64,000 nt of DNA, from assembly GCA_010356995.1 (NCBI GenBank), contig ML996704.1, positions 620,001 through 684,000 on the forward strand, written 5' to 3'. Each line of letters opens with the position of its first letter. Position 1 is the first letter of the stretch. A model generated the notes under the pieces. It searched no databases. It was not told the DNA's origin and worked only from the letters and a program-made list of their open reading frames with translations. The translations under genes and the position numbers were made by a program. This document shows, piece after piece, positions 23,248-34,728 of this stretch. Origin of the DNA: Trichodelitschia bisporula (taxonomy: Eukaryota).

Positions 23248-25914
23248 ATGCTGTCCCTCCTTCTCGCGGCGCTTCTGCCCACGCTATCCACCGCCGCAAC
23301 CACAGACTCCGCTCTCACTGAAATCGAGCGCGCTTCCAACCAGTCCCTCCTCTGGGGGCCCTACCGCCCGAATCTATACTTTGGCGTGCGTCCGCGTATA
23401 CCAGATAGCTTGTCAATGGGCTTGTTATGGGCGCGCGTCGAGGACTACCAGAGTGTGCAGCACAGTAGGTGGATCGCGCGCGGCGAAGGGTAGACGCTGA
23501 TGAGGGCAGATTTCAGGCACACTTGCGAGCAACATGAGGGTATGGCTGGGTATGGCTGGGACAGATACGACCCGCGGCACGGCGGGACGCAGACGATTCA
23601 CGATGCGGGCAATCAGCTCGACCTCACGACGGAGTTTGTCAAGGTTCCGGGCGAGAACGGGGGGAAGTGGGGCGTGAGGATTAAGGGCACGCCCAGGGAC
23701 GGTGTCAACGACTTGAAGACGACGGTGGTGTTTTATGTTGCGAAGGAGAAGGCGAGCTTGGGTCCGCTTGCGGTGGTGGGTGGGGAGGAGGAGTTGAAGG
23801 GCGGGTTTGAGGGCGATGTCAAGATTGAGGGGGATGCGCTCGGGTTGGGTAGCTTTGGGGTTACGATTAAGAGGGGGAAGGGGACGCACCCTACGCATGG
23901 GCACCCGAGTGGCCTGGATAGGTCGCTGGATAAGACCTTCGTGCACAGTTTGCAGCTGCCTGAGACAGCCTTGTGGCAGACAAAGGGTGAGTCCTGCTCT
24001 CAGTGGAGGTGTATGGTGCTGACTTTACTAGCTGTGCTCTTCTCCCTCTTGAAGGAGTCGATCGATGAGTACATCAAGGAGTTTACGGAGGAAAATGTTC
24101 CGCCGCCATTCCAACTTTACACCGTCAAGCCGCAGGCCGGACCGGGGAATATGCAGATTGTGCAGAAGGTCTTTGAGGGGAAGTTTGAGGTACGATCCTC
24201 CCAATTGCAGGGGCAAGCTGATGATGCAGTTTGACATCTTGTTTTCGCCCAAGACGGAGGATGGGCAGGAGATGTTATGTACGTTTGTCTCAACTTTCAT
24301 GACTCTGCTGACTATCCTAGCGGCTGAACTCACCAACGGTATTGAGCGAGCAACGGAGCTCTTCGACAAGCGCTATGACCAGGTCCTCAAGCCCCAAGCT
24401 CCGTTCATGGCGCCCAAGTACCTCGAGTTCTCAAAGTCTCTCTTCTCCAACCTGCTCGGCGGTATCGGCTACTTCCACGGTGACTGGAAGGTCGACCGCT
24501 CCTACGCCTCCGAATATGAGGAGGAAAACGAAGGGTTCTGGACCGAAGCGGCTGAGGCTCGCGCCCGAGCTGAAGTCAAGCTCGAGGGCCCCTCTGAGCT
24601 CTTCACCAGCATCCCATCTCGGCCCTTCTTTCCACGCGGCTTCTTGTGGGATGAGGGCTTCCATCTGTTGCCCGTGATCAACTGGGACTTGGATCTCACG
24701 TAAGTTCCCTTTGTCCTCATGAATCGTCCGCTAAATCGGTAGTCTCCAAATCATCAAAAGCTGGTTCAACCTCATCGACGCCGACGGCTGGATTGCCCGC
24801 GAACAAATCCTCGGCGCCGAAGCACGCAGCAAAGTCCCCGACGAATTCCAAGTCCAATACCCGCACTACGCGAACCCGCCCACCCTCTTCCTAATCATCG
24901 AAAACTTTATGAAGACACTTAGCACTCCGCCTGAGAATCCAGATCCCATCTATGCGCCCCAACTCCGCAACATCGCTGCCGGCAAAAAATACCTCCAGGA
25001 CCTGTACCCACTGCTCAAGCGCCACTACGCCTGGTTTCGCCGAACTCAGGCTGGTGATGTGGCTGGCTATGACCGGAACGCTTTCTCGGCCCGCGAGGCG
25101 TACCGCTGGCGTGGCCGGACGCCGACGCACTGCCTCCCTTCTGGGCTTGATGATTACCCGCGCCCGCAGCCTCCGCATCCGGGCGAGCTGCACGTCGATG
25201 CTCTGAGCTGGGTCGGGCTGATGGCGAAGTCACTCCAGTCCATCGCCGAGTTTCTAGACGAGGCAGACGATGCCGCTACGTTCGGGAAGCAGGTTCAGGC
25301 CATCAAGCGCAATGCCGTAGACTTGCATTGGGATGAGGCCAAGGGTGTATTCTGCGATGCGGGTGTCGACGAGTTTGAGGAAAGTGTGCGCGCGTGCCAT
25401 GTCGGTTATATCTCGCTGTTTCCGTTCTTGCTCGGGTTGGTCGAGAATGATGATTCCAAGGTCGGGCGGCTGCTTGATGTTATTGCCGACCCGGAGGAGT
25501 TGTGGAGCAATCATGGTATTCGCAGCTTGAGCAAGGCGGATGAGAACTTTGGCACGGCGGAGAATTACTGGCGGGGGCCGGTGTGGATTAATATTAACTA
25601 CTTGGTTGTGGCACGGTTACTCGTTTGTCCCCCCTCTTCGGCACACTTAGGTTACAGACAGCTAACTCGACCAGGACGTCGCGCAATCAAAGGGCCCGCA
25701 CCAAGCTCGCGCAGCGGAGCTGTACACGAAGTTGAGGAATAATCTTGTGGACACGGTGTTTGAGAGTTGGAAGGAGACGGGCTTCGCGTGGGAGCAGTAT
25801 GATCCTGAGACGGGGGCTGGACGGCGCACACAGCACTTTACGGGGTGGACTAGTCTTGTGGTTCAGATTATGGGGATGCCGGATTTGGGGGGGAGGGTGA
25901 GGGATGAGTTGTAG
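23248..25914 (+). CDS. CWH41: Mannosyl-oligosaccharide glucosidase I (GH63), multi-exon
   Basis: SLLWGPYRPNLYFG, FRHTCEQ, PSRPFFPRGFLWDEGFH, SGLDDYPR, YWRGPVWININY and HFTGWTSL. N-terminal signal peptide and C-terminal RDEL. Confidence 0.95.
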
Positions 25915-26866
25915 AGTTTGGTGGGTGAGTGTTCAATATTGGGTGCAGTTGGGACTGTGGTAGGTATCTTGCCGCAGGTCTTTCGGCCTACACCTGTTTC
26001 CCTCCGTCATCACCATGTAAATCGCCGTCAAAAGGCGCATAATTCCATTCTCAGACTTGGAGGAGCCTTTGGAATGGGATCTTGTCCGAAAACAAATTCT
26101 GCCTCAGGCATCAACGCACGGACCAGTTCGGGCCGAATCCGTCAACCTCACTCTGTGCTGGAATTCATGATGGGCTTTCCGCTTTCGCGCTATCACTGGA
26201 GAAGGGGCATTATTTGCCTCGAGCTTTTTCAATGGACAATATGACGTTTTACAGATGAGGGGACTGGATTATCGGCGTTGTCGGGAGAAGTCGGGCGTTA
26301 AATTAGGCTGGTAAACAGGCCTACCAACGATGAAAACAAGCACCTCACAACCTCACATACACTTCATCGGACTCTCGAGGAAGTACATCAACTTCGTTGC
26401 GAATGCTGAACAACGGAATGCACGTCGAAAGACTCGTTCCCATCCCATCCCCTTCCGGTTTTGGACAAGGCTGACATGCCAAGCATCTCCAGCCGAAAAC
26501 GGACCTCATCAAAACATCGCCCATCAATATGAATCGTCCTGTCAAAGAATGCCGCCGTCCACAACTCTAACCACCGCAAGCGGTTCTTCCACGTAGCAGC
26601 GGTAGAATGGGTCCACAGCTTTGCCGTCTCGTTGCGTGTATCTCAGCAATGGACCCAGATCCAGCGCAACGAGCCCCGGATGCGGCCGAACAAAGGCCAG
26701 TGCGAAAGGGACCGTTATATGTAGCGCATCCACCGTCCATCGCCCTTCAACAATCCCAAAGTCCTTCAACCGTACCGCGCACATCGCCATCTCATTCGAA
26801 TCGCACATATCGCCATCATCACGTCACATCACCCATCCATCAACAACCGTCATCACCACCGCAACA

Positions 26867-28862
26867 ATGCCGCCCAAAAGGTCTCCCTCCCCCCGCCTCA
26901 AGCACCCTCCATTGCCCCACCTCAGAGACCACACCCCGTTCTCTTCAGTCTCCTTGCCCCGCTCCCCCCCCCACTCCTCCCCCAGCCCCAGCCGCCCCGG
27001 AATCCCCATCGAATTCAGCAGCTCCCCCCCCCGCACCGCCCCACCACCCTCCCGTTACGGCCCCCTCCCCCCCCGCCTCCCCACCATGGTCTCCATCCCA
27101 GACTGCTCCCCAGACCGCGCCCCAAAGCGCCCCTACACCGGCACGGACCCGCCGCCCAAGCGCGCCAGAGGCGAGTCAGGCCGCCCAGTTCGCCCCCCAG
27201 AGCGCCTCTTCCCCAAAGCCGGCAAATTTGGGCCCAAGCTGCCGCCGGTCCCGACACAGCCGCTCACGTTTGGGCCGAGTTTGGATCTAAGGTGCAGGCC
27301 TACGGCGCTGATACCGGAGGGGTGGGGGGCTGAGATGGCGCATGGGCGGACGCCTGGGCACCCCGTGCGGGTTAGGGGGTCGAGGGTTGCGCGGCGGGGA
27401 CGTGCGTGGGGGAGTAGGACTGATCCGTTTGTGCCGGATTGGGAGAATATACCGCAGCCGGGGGATGCGGCGGCGTTGGCGGCGTGGAGGCCGTATGCGG
27501 ATGATGTTGCGAAGGGGGAGAGGGTGTTGAGGATTCTGCCGCATGGGGATGATGCGGATAAGTTCTGGTGGCGGCCGGTGAGGTTTCTTGGGACGTCGGA
27601 TGGGACGGGAGTTTTGTGGGTTTGGGTTAAGTATCTTGCTGGGAGGCATGATTGGATTCAGGATGTGAGTTTTGGGGTGCGAGTTTTGTGGTGGGATGGG
27701 TACTGACGGATGCTAGCGCATGGCGGTTAAGGATTCAAGACCGCAACCTTGGAACGACCCGACGGCGTGGATGACGAATACTATGGACGTCCCCATGGAA
27801 GCCAGTATCTTGAAATCGCTCAACCTTTCCGGGCCTTGTGGCAAGTACTTCCCGCAGCTGCGCGGGTTCCGCATCATGCGACACGCGCGATGTGTCCGGA
27901 CGAGCATGGAGTACGCGGCGTACGGGAACCTCCACAACTTCAGAAGATACTTCGTGAACGGGATAGTGCGGGATTACCGATACATGTCTCCCGCGCCGCC
28001 GGATGGCGGCGATTTGTTCCCGACACAGTTCGTATTCCACTTTTTCATGGAACTGAGCCGCGCGTGCATCGCCATGAATAATCTCGGCATCATCCATCGC
28101 GACATCAACCCGTTCAACGTGTACCTCATGGAGGATGCGGAATCGAAGTACGGGTTCCGGGCGGTGCTTGGGGACTTTGGTGCGGCGGTCATCGAGGATG
28201 ACCCTCGTTTCGCCAATCCCCAGCACTTTGTGGGTGTGTATGCCGTCGGATTCCATGCCCCAGAGCAAGCTACCACCGTTCCGCCCCGCGCACCTTGGCG
28301 GTTAACGGACCGGACAAATGTGTGGGGCATAGCGATAACGGTTTACGACATGATCTCTTGCGATACCCGAACCCCACCTCAGGGGCACTGGGGTGGATTG
28401 CCCGAAGGACATCTCGCCCACCAGGTCACTTGTGAAAGAGTACTTGAGCCAGCCGGCCTGTGGTCCAACAGTGCCCAGGCACATCATTACCGACACGTTG
28501 CCATCGCTCTCGTTACGTGCTTGAACGAGTACCCAGGGAACCGGCCCACAAGTACAAAACTTCACCAGGTCCTCCATGACTGGGTGTTGAATCCCAGGAC
28601 CAATGAGCCGGACGACATGGAGACAGAGGGCACCGCTATCAAGCTCCTCAGGTACCACGAACTGTGGCGGATGGGAGAAAGTCTTCAATTGGAGGAGACC
28701 CGGGCAAAAGAGATGGAGCTCTACCGCAGAAGGGTTATACTCTACGTTCAGGAACAGAGGATGAGAGCGGACCACGGGGAACCCCCGTTGGACGAGCCGC
28801 TTCCAGAACCGCCCGCCTCCACTCACAGTGATAATAGTCCGAGGTCATCTCAGGGGTCGTAG
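26867..28862 (+). CDS. Divergent Ser/Thr protein kinase-like protein with Pro-rich N-terminus
   Basis: An intron at 27665-27716 joins ORF 26621-27706 to ORF 27720-28862. Motifs MAVKD, MEYAAYGNL, IHRDINPFN, LGDFG, APEQ and TNVWG. Confidence 0.75.
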
Positions 28863-29219
28863 TCCTCTGGGGACGGGGAGCCCAGTCCATATCCCTCTTG
28901 ATAGGCAGGATATCTGGTCGCTCTCACGGTCCTTTCGTGTCTTGTCCGTCCGCTTGGCCACACGAGTTCTCTGATGGGATGCCGCTTCTTCTCGCCTCTC
29001 TCCCGCACTGAACCTCCGGGAGATCTTCTGCTGTCGCTCTCATTGGAACCAATGGGATGTAGGGAGCAATCTCCCACAATTTCAAGTTGTTTGGTCCTGT
29101 ACTCTCGGTGGACTTAGGCGTGGCTTGTTTGGAGTATCTTGCTTTGGCGTTTTGGCGTTTTGGCGTAGGCCGTGTAGTTGCAATCAATGGAATAGACATT
29201 CGGGCACGAAATCTTTGGA

Positions 29220-31330
29220 TGCAGTTGACGGTTCTTGGTGTAAGAGGAATGGGTGGTTCCATAAATGCCGTTATGCTGACCGCAGGCCAAAGGTCTGGCA
29301 GAGGTGTGTCCCATGGCGCACTGGAAGGAGGCTGTCAGTCGCATTTGTCTTGACATAAGCGCTCTATGACAATGATAGGATGGCGGGTACCACTCCGAAA
29401 AGCTATGGATGCTAGGAGGCCTAGCAGGAAAGTTCGAGTCTCAGAGGCAGAAGGCGACTCGAGGATGGGCAAATGCGGCTGACAGTGGTATCTCTGACCA
29501 GCTGTAGCCTGGGATTCATCTCCCCCCTCCCGCGGCCGGGGAGGGTTTTTTTTGCTTTTTGGCTTCACTCTTTTGAGGGTGATATATGCGGACGATGTGA
29601 AGAGTCGGGTGGGTTGTGGTGGCTCGTAGTTTCTCACTGTGGTGGATGTCAGCCTGCGCGCTTTCCTTGCCTAGCAGCTTCGTCGTTGAATGCAGTTGAA
29701 ATTATTGATATAGCACTGATAGTGATTCCAGAAGTACCTTTATGTTGACCGCTGGACTGAAATCTGGCAGAGATGTGTCCCATGGCGCACTAGGAGGAGG
29801 CTGTCAGTCGCATTTAACCTTGACAAAGGCGCACTATGTCAATGATAGGAGGGAACAAGCCCGTCCGAAATACAAGAATGCTAGATGACATGCCTAGAGA
29901 GAAGTTCGAGTCTCAGAAGCAGAAGGCGACTCGAGGACGGGCAAATGCGGCTGACAGTAGCTCAGGCCGACTGCGACATGGGATTCATCTCTCCCCTCCT
30001 GAGGGAAGGGATTTTTTTGCTCTCTGGCTTCACTCTTTTTGGGATGACATATGCGGACAAGATGAGGAGAGTGAGATGTGTGGTGGTGTATTGCGGCTTC
30101 CTGATGTGTTGGGTCGCGGCTTTCAACTGTGGTAGGTGGCGCCCTGTATGCCGTCCCAACCAGGCAGTCCCGTTGTTGAACTTAGTTGACGTTATCTGGT
30201 GTAAAGAAAGGGTGACTGAATAAATGCCCTTATGTTGAATGTTGGCCAAAAGTCTGGTAGAGATGTGTCTTATGGTGCACTGGGAGGCGGCTGTCAGTCG
30301 CATTTGACCAAGACAAAAGCATACTATGACAATGAACAGGATGGTCAGGCCAATCCGATGAGAATGCTACCATGCTAGCAAACAAAGTTCGAGTCTCAGA
30401 AGCAGAACTGTGACTCGAGGAGCGGCGAATGCGGCTGGCGGTCTCTGACCGGCTGCATCGTGGGATTCATCTCTCCCCTCCTTCGGGAGGGGGCTTTTTT
30501 GCTTTTACTTCACTTTTTGGTGGACGACGTCGCGGGCGAGATGAGGGGACGCTGGTGGGTGGGTGGTGGGTCGCGACTTCCTGCCGTGGTGGTGGTGGGG
30601 GGTGGTACTCTGCGTGCCTGCCTTGTCTAACAGCCTCGCACAAGGGTCAAACGAAAAAGTTATGTCCCCCCATGCCAGCAAAAGCTTGGGAGAGGGGTAA
30701 CATCACTTTTTTAATCGACCCTTGGTCGTTGAATGCAGTTGAAGTGATCTGGTGCAACAGCATAGGCCATTCCATAAGTGCTGTTATGTTGACCCCTGGC
30801 CAAAATGTCCGGCAGAGCTGTCTTCCGTAGCGCACTGGGAGGAGGCTGTCAGTTGGATTTGACCCTGTCAAATCTGACTCGGACTCAAATGGATGGATGG
30901 CGCGGTCAGTGCCAGGTTGTCATCAGACAACCCGCCCATCGAGGCGAGGATACCAAGTTTTCATCAGACAACCGCCCAGCGCGGCGAGGATACAAAGTTG
31001 TCTTCAGACAAACCGCCCAGCTAGGTGAGGATACAGAGTTGTCATCAGACAACCAACCCAGCGAGGCGAGGATACCAAGTTCAAACCGCCGAATGAAAGG
31101 CGCAAGAAACTTACGCAGATAAGGCGGGCAGTGCTCTGACCGGTTGCACCTTGGGATCCATCTCCCCCCTCTTCGGAGGGGGGCTTTTTTGTTCTTTGCT
31201 TCACTCTTTTTTGGAGGATACTTCGCGGGTATGGGGACCGGGGTGGACGTGTGGTGGATCGCGGCTTCCTGCGGCCGTTGGTGTGACGTTGCGTGGCAGT
31301 CTTGTCGGGTGCGGTTTTCCGCACCTGCAC
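29220..31330 (+). repeat. Tandem array of four degenerate ~470-600 bp non-coding units with conserved inverted repeats
   Basis: Shared blocks recur: (T)GCAGTTGA at ~29220/29691/30181/30734, CTGTCAGT at 29332/29801/30291/30846, and GGGATTCATCTC+hairpin+T-run at ~29511/29980/30462/31153. Confidence 0.9.
30916..31078. repeat. ~41-bp minisatellite x4 with internal palindrome GTTGTC-ATCA-GACAAC
   Basis: Units start at 30916, 30957, 30997 and 31038. Consensus GTTGTCATCAGACAACCGCCCAGCGAGGCGAGGATACCAA. Confidence 0.9.
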
Positions 31331-31661
31331 CCTTGCACTGGGCTCGAGCCTCAGCGGTGGCAATGGTTTCCGTGAATTGTGAAACGTAGTCGCGTTGCCA
31401 CAGATAGTCTCTTTTTACATGCTTCGTGGTGCGGAGATCATGAGCTTGAGCGGGAATTGATAATGGCGGTGTTGATACGAATCTGGGGCGGGAGATGAAT
31501 TCGCGCTGAGGTGACAGTGCGGTGTGATATCATGCGGCGAAGCTCAACCGCGAACCACGCTCAGAGAGCGCAAGCAAATGCAAGAGAAACTCACTATACT
31601 CCTATCCAAATAGTGTAACCCAAAATTGGCCGGTTCAACATTTCCCTCTGCGCCACATCCG

Positions 31662-33405
31662 CTACGAACTCCGCGACCCATACGGCTCAAACGGAAACAC
31701 AGCCGCCACAATCGCCATGACAATGTACAGCGCAGCGCAGATATAAATCGGCACTGGCGTCGAAGTCTGCACGCGTTAGCTCGCTCCGAGAGCCGGGGAT
31801 GACATACGTTAGCATAAGTCGCAATGACAGCGCTCATAATCCCCATGACGCGATTTAACCCAATCGCAATACCATTCCCCGTCCCCCGATGCGCCGACGG
31901 CAGGACCTCAGGCGTATACGCATACAGCGTGGCGTAGTAAATATTCTGTCCCGATCAGCCTCGTCCCCACCTCAGATGCAGCAGCAACTCACCAGGCAAA
32001 AGCTAATCGCGCACGTAAACCCCAAATTCTGCGCCGCAGTCCGCACCTGCGTATAACAGAAAAAGAACACCATGGTAATCAACGCACCAATCACCATCGT
32101 CCCCCTTCTCCCCCAGAAGTATTTGGAAGCACACATGTACCCCGCAAGCACGGGCCCGAAGATACCGCACGCGTTGACGATGGCGTAGTTGCGCCACGTC
32201 GTGAATTGGCTTCCGTCGCCGAAGTCCGTCCCGCGGGTTTTGAGGTACGTGGGGAGGAAGACGTTGTACAAAGGGTAGGCGAGCCCGATCAGCAGCCATG
32301 AGAACCAGATTAGGGATGTGGAGATTCCGACTCTTCGTGTTTCAAAGAGGCCTTTGAGGTGGATTAGGATTTCGGCGAAGGAGATCCGCGTGCGTGCGTG
32401 GACGTTGTGGACGCGCCCTGTTGCTTCGCCCGTAACGCCGCAGGCGGTCAGGCGCGCGAGGGTCAGGCTACATGGCCGGTTGTATTTCGTGGCGATGCCG
32501 GTGAGGACGTCGACGACGGCTTCGTCCCGCCCCTCGGTTACTAGGAACTTGGGCGTTTCTTTGAGACGCACGACGGTGACGCGCAGGATGCTCATTACGA
32601 AGACGAGGGCGCCGTTTGCGTACCACACGTACCGCCAGCCTTGGTTGTTGGCGCGGGTGCAGGGCCCGGCCTCGGGACAGCTGAAGTTCGGCAGGAAGGC
32701 CCAGGCGAAGAGGCCGGCGATGAGTTGGCCGAGACCTGGTGGGTTAGATATTGGGGGATTTGGGGAGGGGAGGGGGACGCACCCCACCACATGGCCATGA
32801 GCGTGAGGAGCCATTGCTTCTTGCTCGGCAGGTACTCGAGGAAGACGGCTGTGTCGAGGACGAGGTTGCCGCCTGAGCCGAAGGCGCTGAGGCAGACGAA
32901 TAGGCCGAGGACGACCCAGTTTGGTGACGCGCCGGCTACGATGGCGAAGATGGAACTGATGAGCAGCGAGTAATTAAACGCCGTGCGGCGCCCGATTATA
33001 TCGGCTGTTGTGCCCCAGAACAGCGCGCCGACGAGCATGCCCACGTACGCGGCGATGGTGAGGCCATTGTGGAAGCTGGGCTTGAATTCCAGGGCCGCTT
33101 GGCTGGCGATGATGGACTGGACGAGGAGGAGGAGGGAGTCGGTTGCGTAGCTGGCTTGTTAGCTGGGTTCGATACATGCAAGGGACGCACCCGAAGCCGT
33201 TGAGGCAGAAGAGCTTCGCGTGATAGGGCGTGAAGCCGATTTCATCGATTGCGTCGTTGATCAGGTGGATCTTGGCGTTGAGGACTGGGTCGAGTGATTC
33301 GCGAGAGAGGAGGTCGGCGCCGGAGCTGACGCTGGTCAGCTCGGCGCGGTGCTCTTCTGCGTCTTTCTCGTCTTCGCGTTGGGAGTCGGCGGGGAAGTCT
33401 GCCAT
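31662..33405 (-). CDS. MFS transporter (sugar/SV2-like family), 5 exons
   Basis: LNAKIHLINDAIDEIGFTPYH, LFWGTTADIIGRR, GGNLVLD, ETPKFL and YAYTPEVLPSAHRGTG, with multiple TM segments. Confidence 0.9.
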
Positions 33406-34728
33406 TGTCGTGATTGCGGGAGGGGTTAGTATGGCGGGCAAGCTTCGTATGGAACCTGGATTTAGGTGATGGTCCAGCCCCGGGTAAGGATACCCCGAGT
33501 TAAGGCTGAGGTTACAATCTCTTATCTGTTGACCAGCAAGAGGAAAAGTACGAGGTTTCTTCTCAGAACCAGGAAAAAGAGGGCGTCCGCACATGGCACT
33601 CCCCCACCTCCGTACATGCCAGGATGGCTTGCGCAATCGCTGCAGTGATATCCTCGAACATGTTACTGGTACGCGGAGCTGTGACCGACATGGGATAGAC
33701 GGGGAAAATACGAGCGGACCAGAAAAGTAATACCTCTTTCTTACATGGTGACAGAGACTGGTAGGACGCAGCAACTTCCTGTGCCTTCTGCCGATCAGCG
33801 TGGGATGAATCCACCGTTGCGGGACGGACGCGGGATGCGGGGAGTTGCGAGATGGCCGGTGGGGTAATATCTTAGTGAAAAGCTTGTTCGTCTACCTCGC
33901 ACGGGACAGCTATTGGCTTATTATTCCATATAATAGCTAAAGTGGCTTTGTCTGCAGCCGTGAATGTACGGCCTTGCCGCCGCTGGTGAAGTGCTGCGAG
34001 AGGCGCGGGGTTGGATGCTGCAGTATGACAGCAGAGGCGTGGGCATTGCTGCGATGCGCGGGGCTAAACTCCTCCGGGGTTGCCCTGCCGCAACAACGGC
34101 GTTCGGTCAGCTTGCTCGGATCGACACTTCATGGCTACGAGGCGTAGATTTGTTCCGCTGCTTGTCTACCGTAATTGTTCTACCGTAGGAGCCTTTTCAA
34201 CCAGCAGATCCAAGTGAGTGTACCGTATTGAGCCCTAATCCCACCTATCCTTTTCCGCTTGGAAAGGGACGATATCGATCGCTTTAAGAATTTCGCAGGT
34301 ATGAGATGACAGTCCGAAAAGCGTAGTCCATTGTGTGTGCCTCATATCAAGCCCGTTTCACATGAGAAATGTATGAGGGGATCGATGTGCTAGTGTTAAA
34401 TCGACTCGAAGTGTGCGGTGGAGCTTCCCATCCTGGCAGCCCCGCCATGCTAAAAATCCCTCGTCCGTACTCCATACTCGTGGCTGCTTTAGGGCGAGCA
34501 TGCAAATTGAAGCACTGAGCACAGCTTCTGATCATGGAAAAACAATGAACACGCCAAACGTAAGAATTGAGAGGAGATGTCGTCGCAACTTTCCGACGCC
34601 AACGATCCGTCCCGTCTTGGCTCGTACCTGATGCCTGAGGCCGCAGCTTGAATAGCCAACATCACCACAAGCTCAACATCTACGAAATTGCGACTTTTCG
34701 AGCCGTACACCAGCTGCAGCCCCTCAAA

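Noticed and set aside
30916..31078. CTGATGA on the minus strand suggesting hammerhead ribozymes, and a CRISPR-like appearance
   Set aside because: There is no stem II plus GAAA geometry, the units lack unique spacers, and there are no cas genes in this eukaryotic context.
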